Origin: Epiperipatus broadwayi
Lineage: Eukaryota > Animalia > Onychophora
Length of the DNA: 64,000 nt
Assembly: GCA_028023455.1 (NCBI GenBank)
Contig: JAQFVV010000009.1
Span: 7,874,001 to 7,938,000, forward strand
Direction of reading: 5' to 3'
The notes under the pieces are model-generated. The model did no database searches. It had not been told where the DNA came from and worked only from the letters and a program-made list of their open reading frames with translations. Made by a program: the position numbers and the translations under genes. Position 1 is the stretch's first letter; the number at the start of each line of letters is the position of its first letter. This document shows positions 1-13,110 of the stretch, one piece after another.

Positions 1-2850
1 ATTTATGTTCTATAATAGAAGTAAAATAATAAAAAAATAAAACATGATATAGAGATTCAATAAAAGTTGAAACAATTAAGTATATATCATAACAATATAC
101 TAAATAAATAAAAATACACTCTATACAACTATATATGCTATCTTATTACAAACATTTATAAGACTTCAACAAATTTAGTTAACAACTGGTCAATTAAAAA
201 TGAATGGAAAATTATTTAATAAAGTAGTATATGTAAATTTGTATAGTATATGTTTTTACAATAATCTTAATTCATTGTCAATGCAAACTCCTTTAACACC
301 TTTGTATAAGTCTAATATATTTATATAGACACTAAAAATTGTAACTTAACTACAAAGAATGAAATTATTAATTCAAAGAAGTTTAAATAAATTTCTTTAA
401 ACAGATAAATATAATCTATTCTGAATGTAGACTAACAAATAGTCAATTATAACATATAAACTGAAATTATAACTTTCAAACTGCACTCAAACTATGCATT
501 ACTTACATAATAAGGTTATTAATGGCCATGGTTAGATAAGTAAATAATGTAAATATATAAAAGCAGTCAATGATTAAACAATATCAATAACAATCAGAAA
601 TCTTAATCTAATATCAAGGGAACCTCTTTTAAACAAAAAAGGTGGAAATCTACCTTTATGTATGGTCTAATATATTTATGTAGACATTAAAGATTTCTGC
701 TTTACTACAAAAAGTTCAATATGTTTATATAGATGTTATATATGATATTTTTGTTCTTTATAATATATATATATATTAGACATTAGAATTTAGCCTACTA
801 TAACTAGGTAGATTGAATTGTTCTTCACTATAAAGAAAATCTTGTGAAGAACTTTCATTCAATCAAACAAAATCTGTTTAATGTTTTATAAATTAACAAT
901 CATCATAAATACAAAGAACAGAGACAAACATTTACATATTAATGTTCCTATAGACATGCTAATAAAATCATGTTACATAAAAGACACCATCTATACAAAA
1001 AGTTTATTACGTTAATTTTCATTATTAAGTTACATTGGATGTAGAAAAAATGAACCATCTTTTTCTCATAAAATCTCCGCCTGTGTTTTGATTTGAGAGT
1101 TTCCTGTGCAGTCATTATTACATTTGATTGACTGTCATATAAGCATTTTTATGGCGCATCTGTCAAAGGTTTCAGCATTTCACGTTACTATTTGCAAGTA
1201 TTATAAGTTTTTGTAATAATGGTATATAATAGTATACAAGAAATTTTAAAGAAACTTCTGAAAAATGGGAAGGTCTATTTTCTAGAATTTGTTTAATTAA
1301 AAAATTGTTCAAAATTCAGTGTTGCCATCTGTCTTTTTTTCTGAGATCTTATATTTTATCCAGTTAAGGTTTTAAAATATTTCAAAATGTCCTGTTTTTT
1401 GCATTTTAATTAAACTTTTTTTTTTATCATTAGTTCTATCTTTTATCTAAAAAAATTACAAATTCAAATTGACACTTATGTAAATGAAATTCACTGACTT
1501 TATGCTATATAATAAATAATTTTTGACATTAGTAAAAATTGGCAACATCGATTTATTTAATATATCTTAAAACGTTTTTAATAGTAATATATTCTGTCAG
1601 ATACTTTTAATCAATTCTGTTAATTGAGTGTATTAATTGTGATGGATTTTTTTTGTGGTTTTAATGTGTACATATTATCGAACTACTTTATTATAATTAC
1701 ATTAAATATTATAAATTTACAATATGAAATATTATATAATATAATCAGCATTACAAGTTCTGACTATCATTTATGATAAATAATGAGCTTAATCTGCTGT
1801 ATTAGAATTCAAACCTCCTGTTATATCATTACTTTATATTAATCCCAAGTTTAAAATATGCCAAAATGAAAATGCAAATACAATACAGACAAAAATGAGA
1901 GTAAAGATCCAAATAAATTGGCAATGTATTTTATATATTTTTATGAAAGATACAATAGTTTAAATTTCCACATTTAAAAACGAAGCAAAAAAAAATAATC
2001 TTTTCATCTTGGATGTAGTAAACCTAAGCAAATAAATCAATCAATTGATTCACTGAGTTCTACATTCTATACTCTAATTTTGAACTATTTCCAGACAAAG
2101 TTTAAATTTAAAGATTAATAAAAAGAGTAATTGTCTGGGTTTTCCATCAAAAGAGGGAGAACACATCTCACTATGGTCAGACCTAGGGTCTTTGGGTAGA
2201 ATGCTGTGAATGACACAAAGTACCTAACCAATGTTTCTATCTCTAATGGGATAGCTCTAAGTTTACACATTAAATTCAGACACAATTTAGGCTAGTTCAT
2301 CCATACCTCACCCCTCTTTCGGATTGCATTACACCTCAGTATTCAAACTCAGGGAGAATGTTGCCTTTGACTCTCTTCAGGGGTGAATTTACTTTATATA
2401 GCAACTATTTCAGCTCTATATAGGTTCTCATTGACTTAAAATACATCCAACCCTATTGCTGTGTTACATATAATAATAGTACATATGTGTGTGTATGTAT
2501 ATAGTCAAATAAATTGATGGATGAGTATATGAATGATTTCATAAACTAGAGACCAATTTTAATTTAAATCAAACTGACAACATTTATTTGAAAACAGAAA
2601 AAATTCAAACTCTTTTAACATGATAATAAAAAAAATAATTTGTATATATATGTGTCAAGTATGTATCTCTACCATATAAATGATTAAGGGTGTTTATTAT
2701 TCCAACCCTTGCCATGGTAGTTATACATGACAAGACATGAACTATTTACAAAGCAAGTAAATTTAACAAAAAAAAATCATTGATTCATTATTATAACAGT
2801 CACGAAGCTGACTAGCTAATTTATCATAACATGCAAATATATATATATAA

Positions 2851-3730
2851 GCCTCATTGAAATCATTCTTATTTCAAAATGAAAAATTATGCAAATATTC
2901 TAGTGATAAAATTAAAAATGTACATTTATTTGTTAATGACTTGTTGAAAATTGGTTATTATAAAAATGCTATTGCTAATATTATTAAAGGATTTAAAAGA
3001 AATCAACACTATAATAAAATTAAAAATATCAAAATGAAATGGATTTTAATGCCATTTATATCAGATGAGCAGGTCAAGTTTATTAAGAAAATTTATAATG
3101 GTTTGTGTCATATTGCTTTTTTCTCTACAAATAACATAAATAGATTGCTTAATAATTCTAAAATTCAAAGTTTAATCAAAATTCTATTATATATAGATTG
3201 ATATGTGGATGCGGCGTACAATACATTGGTGAATCTAAGTGTACATTTGAGAAGAGAATAAAAGAACATATGCTTTTATATAATAGAATTCAAAAAGAGA
3301 ATCAATATGGAACAGATGTAAATAAACCTTCATCATCTGTTATATTTGATCATAATAAATCTTGTCAATATGGATTTAAATTTGATTATAAAAATATGAA
3401 AATTATTCAAATTGAACGTTGTCATAATAAACGTAAAATAAAAGAGGCTATGTTGATTTCAAAGAAATCGTCAAATGTTAATGAATCACCAGTCATCAAA
3501 TGTTAAGATAACAGAATTGTGGGAAATCTGAATTGAACTATGGGTATTGTTAAGGGTTGTCTCATTTTGATTATTCAACATTATATAGTTGATAAAGACT
3601 ACAAAGTGTATAGTCGAAAATACTTCTAAAAGAATATAATTTATATAAATTGTACTGTATTTTGATATATATATTGATTTGTATATTACATATATTGTGA
3701 AACGAATACAGATATCAAACTTTATTTATT
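2851..3730 (+). mobile_element. 5'-truncated Penelope-like retroelement fragment (RT-thumb linker + GIY-YIG endonuclease + 3' repeat with hammerhead), between (TA)n tracts
   Basis: Overlapping ORFs 2857-3201 and 3198-3506 give CGCGVQYIGESKCTFEKRIKEH...IFDH...KRKIKEAMLI..N, the PLE GIY-YIG/CCHH signature; HHR motif at 3586-3628; (TA)n on both sides. Ends approximate. Confidence 0.85.
3586..3628 (+). ncRNA. Minimal type I hammerhead ribozyme, U3-A8 core variant
   Basis: TAG-TTGATAA-A-GACTA(CAAAGTGTA)TAGTC-GAAA-ATAC-TT^CTA: 3-bp stem I, 5-bp stem II, GAAA, 1-bp stem III; 80 nt after the PLE stop codon. Confidence 0.65.
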
Positions 3731-3974
3731 ATATATATATATATGCACACACACTATATTATTGTGTGTTATGTAACCCAACTGGTTACCATGCCCTGGT
3801 CTGAGGGAAAAGGAAAATAAAAATGAAAGACCTATCTAACAATATTGATCATAATTTACATGTATAATCAAAACAGATCATCTAAACTATGTATTCATCA
3901 AGTTTTTAAAGATCTGACAGACATCTGACAGTTAACAGAATGAATAGTGATCTGCAATTTTGAGATAGATAAAG

Positions 3975-4230
3975 AATTCAGCCATTGGACTGCAAGTACA
4001 CAGTGCACCATGATTACCAAGAGGACTCCCTCAAATGAGACACTATAAGCTACTATAACCCTTATAAGAAAAATGCAAAACTCTTTGCAAAGATCTCTCC
4101 TGTGGATGGGCTGGAAAATACAAAACTATGCCCTGCTTCTTTTGAGTCTTATGGGCTGGGAAATACAAGCTATGCCATGCTTCTTTTCTTTGGAGACTTA
4201 GAGGCTAGAATCATGGCAGGATTACATTAA
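3975..4230 (+). repeat. Diverged dispersed repeat (second copy about 6230-6460)
   Basis: GGACTGCAAGTACACAGTGCACCATGAT near 3987 vs GGACTAGAAGTATACAATGCACCATGAT near 6241, plus the shared TGAGTCTTA.GGG block further on; family unknown. Confidence 0.35.
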
Positions 4231-6852
4231 TTGCTCTATCACAAATAATACAAAATACAAAAATTAGGTTGGAGCAAATAGTGGAGATAGAACATCCTCA
4301 AAGTTGCATGAAAACATTGCATCCTCAAGCCAATAAAAAAAATCTCCATCCCATCATCAAAATTGAAAATACAGCTCAACAAACTTCAACAATCAAACAC
4401 CCAATTCAATCTGCAAAATCATCAATTTTCTATTTAACTTTAAACATGAATTTCTTTAATAAATGAAAATTACTATTTTATAATTTATAATCATCATCAA
4501 TACTCTTGTCACATATTTCACAGTAATTTTTAAATTAATTTTGCATAAAATGCATATTTGTTTTTTTCTCAGTTGTGGTTTGAGATCGTCACACATGATT
4601 ACCATTGACTCTCAGTTAGGTAACCATTTGTAATGGGATGGGATAAATGAGGTGAACCTGGGGTGATGGCAAATCAGCATCAAACCCAAGTAAATAAAAA
4701 AATCAATAATTTGCAAAAGTATATATAAGTATAAAATATTTAAGAGTAGCATGAGATCAAGAGAATCTCTGAGAGATCATTTAGAGATCACCCAGCCACT
4801 AAAAGCATAATTAATCACCAATCACCATTATAAAGTAAAAAAATAAGTACAAGTAAATATTCAAGAGAAATAACCATCCATCATCATAATTGATAGGAAT
4901 AAAAAAATCAGTATAATAAATCAAATCCATCTTGTGGTTGGATTTGAACAATAAAAAATATAAATCAACAGTTAACATTGTGACTGGATCAGAAATGGGT
5001 CTCATGTAGATCAGGCTGACTATTTGAGTCTTTTCCAGCTTGGGGCATTTGTTTAACCATTAATTTGGAGGCACAAGCTAAGTGTGAATCATTCAGAATA
5101 CATAACAAAAAATGTAAACAATAATACTGGGATATTAAAACATGTTGATCATCGTCAATGCTCTGGCCACTTAAGTACCATTAAGATACTGGCCAACTAT
5201 AAACTTAAAATTATTAATGAGACTAAACAAAAATTAAAGGTAGTGCATGGGCTTTAAAGAATATAATCTTATGCACCAACCAGGATGATGATGATTGATC
5301 ATTTCTGGATGCCCCCAAAGCACTAAATACACATCCCCATTTATATATTTTATCCCATGCTTGAATCTAGCTCAGAGAGCATGAGCTCTATTACTGTATG
5401 TGACAAAGAGATGATGGAAACAATTTTTAACAATTGAGTACAAGTTTATTAACAACAATAAAAAATGATTGAAATTAAGGACTATAAAAATAAGATTACA
5501 CACATTTTGATTACTATACAAAATTTCAAATGATCATATTACAATTTACATAATTACTATTTAAAATTCAAATTGTTACATTGATTTACATATATGTGTG
5601 CACAGATGCATGATTTCTAATATACTATTAATATACTTCAGTTAACATTAAATAATAATAATTTTAAAAAAATTAAAAATTTACATATAAGTTGTACTTG
5701 ACAAGCATTGATCTATATAGGCACAAATATATGTGTGTGCATGGGATTTCTGAACATATTTGACTTGTTACAAAATAATTATCAAGATCTTAAGTTATAT
5801 AAAAATTCAATAAATAATTAAAGTTTCAGTTAAATGATATACAAATTACTGAAATGCATACATCTGTAATTTGCACAGATGTGGATATATTAATTTATCT
5901 ATATAACATTTGTATTTATCACAATAAAATTATTATAGATTATCCTCGCAATTTCATTCTCTTTGCTGAATAGTCTTTTTTTCATAAAATAAGTCCTATC
6001 AGATTTTTGACAGAGGATTGTTGATTGATTTAAAATGTCTTTCTCTTTCTTTTTTTAATAAACCAAAGATAAAATTGTTTTATAGAATTATTAATAAACA
6101 AAAGATAAAATTGTTTTATAGAATTAAAAAAATATAAATCTCAAAATCTCTTTTTGCTGATGAAGTAGGAAAGGTGATATAGGAAAAGTGAATATGTGAA
6201 CTGCAGCTCCCCATGCCATGTTAAGTAGACAGCCAAGCATGGACTAGAAGTATACAATGCACCATGATGTCATGAAAAAATACCTCATCTTTAAGCACTA
6301 CCTCTCTTGTACCTAAAGAGATCATTCACGAGGAGTATCCAGAGAAAAAATATCAGGCACTGAGACAGCTCTGCTCATCTCCCATGAGTCTTAGGGGTCT
6401 ATACATGTGGTCTATCAATGAGACCATGGCCTATTCATGAGGACAATATACACTGCTGTAATAGAACTTATGAATAAATGAAATAAAGGGCAAGGTATTT
6501 TAATGGCTTCTAAAAATTTATCAAATAATCTAAGTATGAAATTTATTGAATAAATAATCTAAGTATAAACATTTAAAATTTCTTCCCTTAAATGAATCCT
6601 GGCTAAATCCGTAATTCTCAAACTATATAATAAAATATAATATATATAATTTGACTTAGTTATTAATAAGCATTAAAAAATTAAATTATAAACTAGTGTA
6701 ATTATTGATCTATTTTTGTTAATAGAAAACAAACTATTTATAGTTAAGATTTTACTTCATTAATACTTAAATAAATTATATATATAATATATATATATAT
6801 GTGCTCTGCGCACAGGTAATGAAGCTATTAATAAATTGTCAAAATTTTTACT

Positions 6853-6894
6853 GCCAAGCGCTTTCGGGACAGTCTACAGTCCCATATTCATGGC
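6853..6894 (-). ncRNA. Minimal type I hammerhead ribozyme, A3-U8 core variant (best-preserved copy)
   Basis: Minus strand GCC-ATGAATA-T-GGGAC(TGTAGACT)GTCCC-GAAA-GCGC-TT^GGC; stem III contains the palindrome AGCGCT. Confidence 0.7.
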
Positions 6895-6995
6895 GAGTTA
6901 TTCTGTTAATAACTGTAAAACTATGCAATTTTTATGCAAATTTATATGCAGATGTTACGTGGACCATTTATGAGATAGGGAATAGCAGGCCTCTC

Positions 6996-8672
6996 TTCTG
7001 TTGATTGCCGATGGGTCAGCCACAATGAAGTAAGCTTCCCTAACTTTACATTTGGTGTCATTTGTTTCAGAGCAAACGACACTGGCTGTGGTAGGTAGAA
7101 AACATGTCCAGAGTTTTTCTCGTGTTCAACAAAAATCGAATTACCTTCTTACTTTGTTTTGGTTTTATTGTAAAGGTATCAGTGTTGAGCTACTCTGATG
7201 GCAATGTTAGTTTTGGTCTCTCCATAATATGTTGCCATACAATTTCTTTGGGGGCAGCTAATTTTGTACACAACTTGAGGAGTGAGTTCAGGTTTAATCC
7301 TGTCTTTGGTATTATTTATCAGTCTATTGGTGTTGGGAGGTGAACGGAAAGCGACTTCAAAGTCACATGATAGTTGATTGATAAGACTTTTAGCTGTAGA
7401 GTGAATGTATGGGATTAAGATTCTTGGTTTGTGTTCTTTCTTGTGGTTGTGATTTATTTTATAGAAAAATTTGTTGATTTTTCTGTTGATGGATGAATAA
7501 GTGTGTCCTATTTTTCTTAAATCAGTTATATAATTGATGAGATTTTTTCTTTTATCTGCCTCATATTTACACAAGTTATGGTTCCTAAACATGAATGAAG
7601 AGAGGGCTGCAAGTTTGTGTGAGTGAGGCACGTAAGAATTAAGGTTATCTATATTTTTGCTAACACATATGTCAAGGTATTTGACCTGTTTGTCTTGGTT
7701 TTCCCAAGTAGTAGTAAAAGTAAGCTTGGTATTATTATGGAGGCTATTGTGAAGGTTAGAGATGATGTCTTCTGGGGCAGCAACAAATATGTCATCAATG
7801 TAGCATGTATATATCATATGTGGGGTTGACATGAAGAGTGCAGGTAGTATTAGCTTCTCATAATGGTCAAGTACAACACTTGCCATTATACCACTAAGTG
7901 GGAGGCCCATCGGCCATCCGTTGTTCATACTAAACCACTTATCTCTGAAAACAGCAATTATATGTAAATCAAGCCATTTTAAAAAATCGATGATGAATTT
8001 GGCAAGTGTAGGTGGGCAGTTTCTTGCAATTAATTTATCATTGACTATTTCGATAGATTGTTTATGTTCAATGGAGCCATATAGCTCTGCTACATCAAAT
8101 GATGCGATTTTAAAATTAGCTGGTATAAACGCATGTTTAATTTTTCCTACAAACATGAAAGATGATTTAATGGTGTAATCGCCAAAGCCTAATATATCAA
8201 TAAGCCAGCGATTGACCAAAACTGCCACGTTGAAATAGTGTGCCTTGCCAAAATCAATCATAAGTCTCAAAGGTTTGTCAGGCTTGTGTAGCTTAATGTT
8301 AGCGAAGATTCTAGGAGGAGAAGAGGTTGACAGGTATATACGATGGTATTCGGCTTTTGTAAAGACATTGTCACGATTTATTCATAGTATATTGGATATA
8401 AATCTATCTCTGTTAAGCCTATTGTTGAAATTATTTAGATTTACAAATTTTAATTTTTCGATTTGTGTATTAATCTTAATATTATATTCATCGTCATCTA
8501 TCAATACAAATCTGTTCCTCTTGTCTTCTTTTAAGCAAATGATGGAATTATCCACTAGAAATTGATTTGTGTTAGTAATTTTCTTGTTCCAATCATTAGG
8601 ATAATTGTTTAGCTGCTTATCCTTTATAGTTTTTGCTATCCGTGTGATAATTCGTTTCTTTAGTGGGTTGTC
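6996..8672 (-). pseudogene. PLE RT + GIY-YIG pseudo-ORF, inverted arm (longest open stretch 7179-8270, 363 aa)
   Basis: Motifs SFDVAELY, GWPMGLPLSGIMA, YTCYIDDIF, YLDI, VYKISC...YYGETK...RVAQH; 5'-truncated, in-frame TGA before the RT, frameshift near 7180. Confidence 0.9.
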
Positions 8673-8778
8673 CAGAAGAGAGGCCTGCTATTCCCTATCT
8701 CGTAAATGGTCCATGTAACATCTGCATATAAATTTGCATAAAATTTGCATAGTTTTACAGTTATTAACAGAATAACTC

Positions 8779-8820
8779 GCCATGAATATGGGACTGTAGA
8801 CTGTCCTGAAAGCTCTTGGC
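8779..8820 (+). ncRNA. Hammerhead copy in 5' pseudo-LTR (A3-U8; C11.1>T and loop III change)
   Basis: GCC ATGAATA T GGGAC TGTAGACT GTCCT GAAA GCTC TT GGC. Confidence 0.6.
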
Positions 8821-8940
8821 AGTAAAAATTTTGACAATTTATTAATAGCTTCATTACCTGTGCGCAGAGCACATATATATATTAATTTATTTAAGCGTTA
8901 ATGAAGTAAAATCTTAACTATTTCAATAACATAAATAACT

Positions 8941-11173
8941 ATGCACAAGACCGGCAGCTACTTCATACTGGACTGTCAATTTGGACATTTCAGCAGAGAA
9001 TATATTTCTTTACAAAATGTTATCAGTGTAAAATTGTACCTAACTGCTGCAAAATTATTATTAACAAGACTGTATATAATTACGATAGAATCAAAACGAA
9101 TTTACAAAAACAACTATTAATTTCTATCATTAAAGGATGTAAAACGGCCTTAAAAAAAGAATCAAGAAGATGGAACATAATTTCTGACAACTACCTGATC
9201 CCCCCATTTATCACCGACAGATGCAATAGACATACGAATGGTCTGTTCAAGAAATTCAATAATAAAATAAAATTTTTAGCAACAAAGCAAAATATTCAAT
9301 TTGATGCACTCAATAGCAACAAGTTTGTCAACCTTACAAACACAAACATTCCACACACAATTAAAGAAGTTTTTGAATTAGGTCCAAAATTCATAGGCGG
9401 ACGCTGGAAGAATCCCAAAATGGAAATCATTGTTGACGTCGAAACAGCTTTAATGAACAACCCACTAAAGGAACCAATTATCACACGGATAGCAAAAACT
9501 ATAAAAAATAAGCAGCTAAACAATTATCCTAATGATTGGAACAAGAAAATTACTAACACAAATCAATTTCTAGCGGATAATTCCATCATTTGCTTAAAAG
9601 AAGACAAGGGGAACAGATTTGTATTGATAGATGACGATGAATATAATATTAAGATTAATACACAAATCGAAAAATTAAAATTTGTAAATCTAAATAATTT
9701 CAACTATAGGCTTAACAGAGATAGATTTATATCCAATATAATATGAATAAATCGTGACAGCATCTTTACAAAAGCTGAATACCATCGTATATACCCATCA
9801 ACCTCTCCTCCTCCTAGAATCTTCACTAACATTAAGCTGCACAAACCTGATAAACCTTTGAGACTTATGATTGATTTTGGCAAGGCACACTATTTCAATA
9901 TGGCAGTTTTGGTCAATCACTGGCTTATTGATATATTAGGCTTTGGCGATTACACCATTAAATCATCTTTCATGTTTGTAGGAAAAATTAAACATGCGGT
10001 TATACCAGCTAATTTTAAAATCGCATCATTTGATGTGGCAGAGCTATATGGCTCCATTGACTGTAAACAATCTATCGAAATAGTCAACGATAAATTAATT
10101 GCAAGAAACTGCCCACCTACACGTGCCAAATTCATCATCAATTTTTTAAAATGGCTTGATTTAAATATAATTGCTGTTTTCAGAGATAAGTAGTTTAGTA
10201 TGAACAATGGATAGCTGATGGGCTCCCACTTAGTGGTATAATGGCAAGCATTGTACTTGACCATTATGAGAAGCTAATACTACCTGCACTCTTCATGTCA
10301 ACCCCACATATGATATATATGTGCTACATTGATGACATATTCGTTGCTGCCCCAGAAGACATCATCTCTAACTTTCACAATAGCCTCCATAATAATACTA
10401 AGCTTACTTTTACTACTACTTTGGAAAACCAAGACAAACAGGTCAAATACCTTGACATATGTGTTAGCAAAAATATAGATAACCTTAATTCTTATGCGCC
10501 TCACTCACACAAACTTGCAGCCCTCTCTTCATTCATGTTTAGGAACCATAACTTGTGCAAATATGAGGCAGATAAAAGAAAAAATCTCATCGATTATATA
10601 ACTGATTTAAGGAAAATAGGACACACTTATTCATCCATCAACAGAAAAGTCAACAAATTTTTCTATAAAATAAATCACAACCACAAGAAAGAAAACAAAC
10701 CAAGAATCTTAATCCCATACATTCACTCTACCGCTAAAAGCCTTATCAATCAACTATCATGTGACTTTGAAGTCGCTTTCCATTCACCTCCCAACACCAA
10801 TAGACTGATAAATAATACCAAAGACAGGATCAAACCTGAACTCACCCCTCAAGTTGTGTACAAAATTACCTGCCCCCAAAGAAATTGTGCGGCAACATAT
10901 TATGGAGAGACCAAAACTAACATTGCCACCAGAGTAGCTCAACACCGATACCTTTACAATAAAACCAAAACAAAGTATGAAGGTAATTCGATTTTTGTCG
11001 AACATGAGAGAAACTCTGGACATGCTTTTCTACCTACCACAGCCAGTGTCATTTGCTCTGAAACAAACGACACCAAACGTAAAGTTAGTGAAGCTTACTT
11101 CATTGCGGCTGACCCATCAGCAATCAACAGAAGAGAGGCCTGCTATTCCCTATCTCGTAAATGGTCCATGTAA
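8941..11173 (+). pseudogene. PLE polyprotein pseudo-ORF (N-terminal region, RT, GIY-YIG)
   Basis: KLHKPDKPLR (RT motif 1), SFDVAELY, YIDDIF, VYKITC..YYGETK..RVAQH..EH..KRKVSEAYFI..N; broken by TGA at 9744, TAG at 10191 and a frameshift near 10225; start position uncertain. Confidence 0.9.
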
Positions 11174-11233
11174 CATCTGCATATAAATTTGCATAAAATT
11201 TGCATAGTTTTACAGTTATTAACAGAATAACTT

Positions 11234-11275
11234 GCCATGAATATGGGACTGTAGACTGTCCTGAAAGCGCTTGGC
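11234..11275 (+). ncRNA. Hammerhead copy in 3' pseudo-LTR (A3-U8; C11.1>T)
   Basis: GCC ATGAATA T GGGAC TGTAGACT GTCCT GAAA GCGC TT GGC. Confidence 0.65.
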
Positions 11276-13049
11276 AGTAAAAATTTTGACAATTTATTAA
11301 TAGCTTCATTACCTGTGCGCAGAGCACATATATATATTAATAAACTATTTATATGTAAGAGATTATGAATTAAAAGTACCTAATAGATTTTTAAAACAAT
11401 TATTGGTACTAATGGAATAAAAGATTTATAACAACCATGTTATTTAAAATTGTCCTAGTTTGATGGTCCTAATGAAATATAAAAGTTATATCAATAAACA
11501 ATGTATGAAAATTTAAAATATCAGATTATATATATAATAAATTATATGTATTAATAATAGAATAACATGTATACAAAAAATTAAATAATAGTATAAATAT
11601 TTTATTATTGAAAAAATATAACTTTCTTAATAGAAAATGTGAATAAGTTTATGCATGAGAGATTTTAAATGGGATTTCAAACAAATGAACAAATTATTTT
11701 TAACTAATTATTGATATGTCAGTTAAAGTTGATCTAAATATTGGTAAAGAAGTCTAAGAGTTATGTCAGTTTTTATAATCATTGTACTTCAGAAAGAGTA
11801 ATGGAGATAAGCCAGATCTTTTTTTCTCCTCACTACGAATTCAAAAGCAAAGCATTCCACAAAATCATACTTTTTGGCTGTCGATAATATTTTTAAGTAG
11901 GTAAACTAGAAGTAGAATTACTTATATAAAATCAGAACAAATCTGAGAAACAGAGGCAGATGGCCCATGTTTTCATGTGTGTGGTATGTGGTGGTGTTTT
12001 TTTAAATATGATAAAAACACATATATTAAAAAAATATCTTATTCGTAAGTATTTTTTATCTCTACTAGCAATTTTACAAAATTGTTCAAAAAATAATACG
12101 AAAACTTTTGAAAAAAAAATTAAACATTTTATATTTATTAATTAAGTATTTTTGTTTCAAGATATTATTTAAATATTGTTTCAAAAATTATTTTTTAAAC
12201 ATTAATTTGTTTTATTTTAGTATGTGTTTTAATCTCTGGATTTCTTTTATAGAAATAAATGAATAAAATATGTTAAATAAATAAAGCTATATTTAAAAAA
12301 TTTTCTTGCAAAAGTGTTAGGAAAAAAGAAGTCTTTTAATTTACAAATTTTATTTCATAGAAATGGGGAGGGGTCAATAATATTTCACCTTGCACAAAGA
12401 AATTTCTTATCCATGCAGTTGTAAATATATATTGAAATATTTTTTATATGCTTTCAAATTTTAAAAATCAATATTAATATAACCCTTAAAATAAAGAATG
12501 TTTTATATTAATACAAAATTTTATATAGCAGCAATGAGCACAAAAATGAAAGCAATACTTTGAAGTGTTTTTCTAAAGGTTTGGGATGATTGTATTTTAG
12601 TTGTATTTATATATTGGATTATTTCCATCATCTAATATACTTATATAAAGCTAAAACCTTAGTACATGCACCTTGAGTTCTTAATTTTAACAAATCATAA
12701 TGCAAGATTCGACTTTATAAAGATAAGAGGGACCCTCTTATCTCTGAACCTATTTTCTTAATTATATAGGCAAATCTAAAGCATATTGATTTGGGAGCAT
12801 GAAACTCTTAAATTCTTCACTGATTAAGTCCACTATTTCTGTTAAACATTAACGTTCGCGAAATCTTTCGATTTACAATGAGTCAATATTCAGATATTAA
12901 ATTTAGACATCTAATATAAGTATTGAATGTTTTGAAAAAAAAAATTAATTTTATTTAAACATTCCAAATACATTCAACTGTTAGTAATAGCACATAGATT
13001 AATAAATGCACAATGTTTCAAAAGGAATTATTCTCTCTTCTTCTTTATA

Positions 13050-13110
13050 TGTGGCTTACCAGTGATAGTACTAGCATGAGAATCGAACCTGGACCCTTAT
13101 ATTCTTGAAT
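13050..13110 (-). repeat. tRNA-derived SINE-like remnant (B box)
   Basis: Minus strand GTCCAGGTTCGATTCTC, a Pol III B-box consensus; the A box is not clear. Confidence 0.3.

Larger units (their letters stand above)
6743..11341. mobile_element. Composite Penelope-like element: inverted 5'-truncated arm (6743-8672, -) + pseudo-LTR (8673-~8884) + near full-length degenerate ORF + 3' pseudo-LTR (11124-11341, +)
   Basis: The left arm is the reverse complement of ~9455-11341 plus the 8880-8921 extension; 8673-8884 directly repeats 11124-11341; 12-bp TSD AAACTATTTATA at 6731-6742 and 11342-11353. Confidence 0.95.

Noticed and set aside
1317-1550. CAGTGTTGCCA ... TGGCAACATCG possible hAT-type TIR pair
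   Set aside because: Only about 9 matching bases and no target-site duplication.
7104-11327. Antisense ORFs over the PLE (e.g. 7104-7343, 7623-7829, 8245-8565, 9950-10264, 10784-11023, and MLCAQVMK... at 6801, 8660 and 11124)
   Set aside because: Shadow frames of the PLE ORF and its pseudo-LTR; they recur only because the DNA is duplicated, and show no domain similarity.
11790-11900. AG...GT-bounded 108-nt segment with one open frame (KSNGDKPDLFF...)
   Set aside because: No recognisable protein similarity and no partner exons; cannot be supported without RNA data.
12722-12742. Perfect 10-bp-arm palindrome GATAAGAGGG-A-CCCTCTTATC
   Set aside because: Too short and isolated to assign any function.
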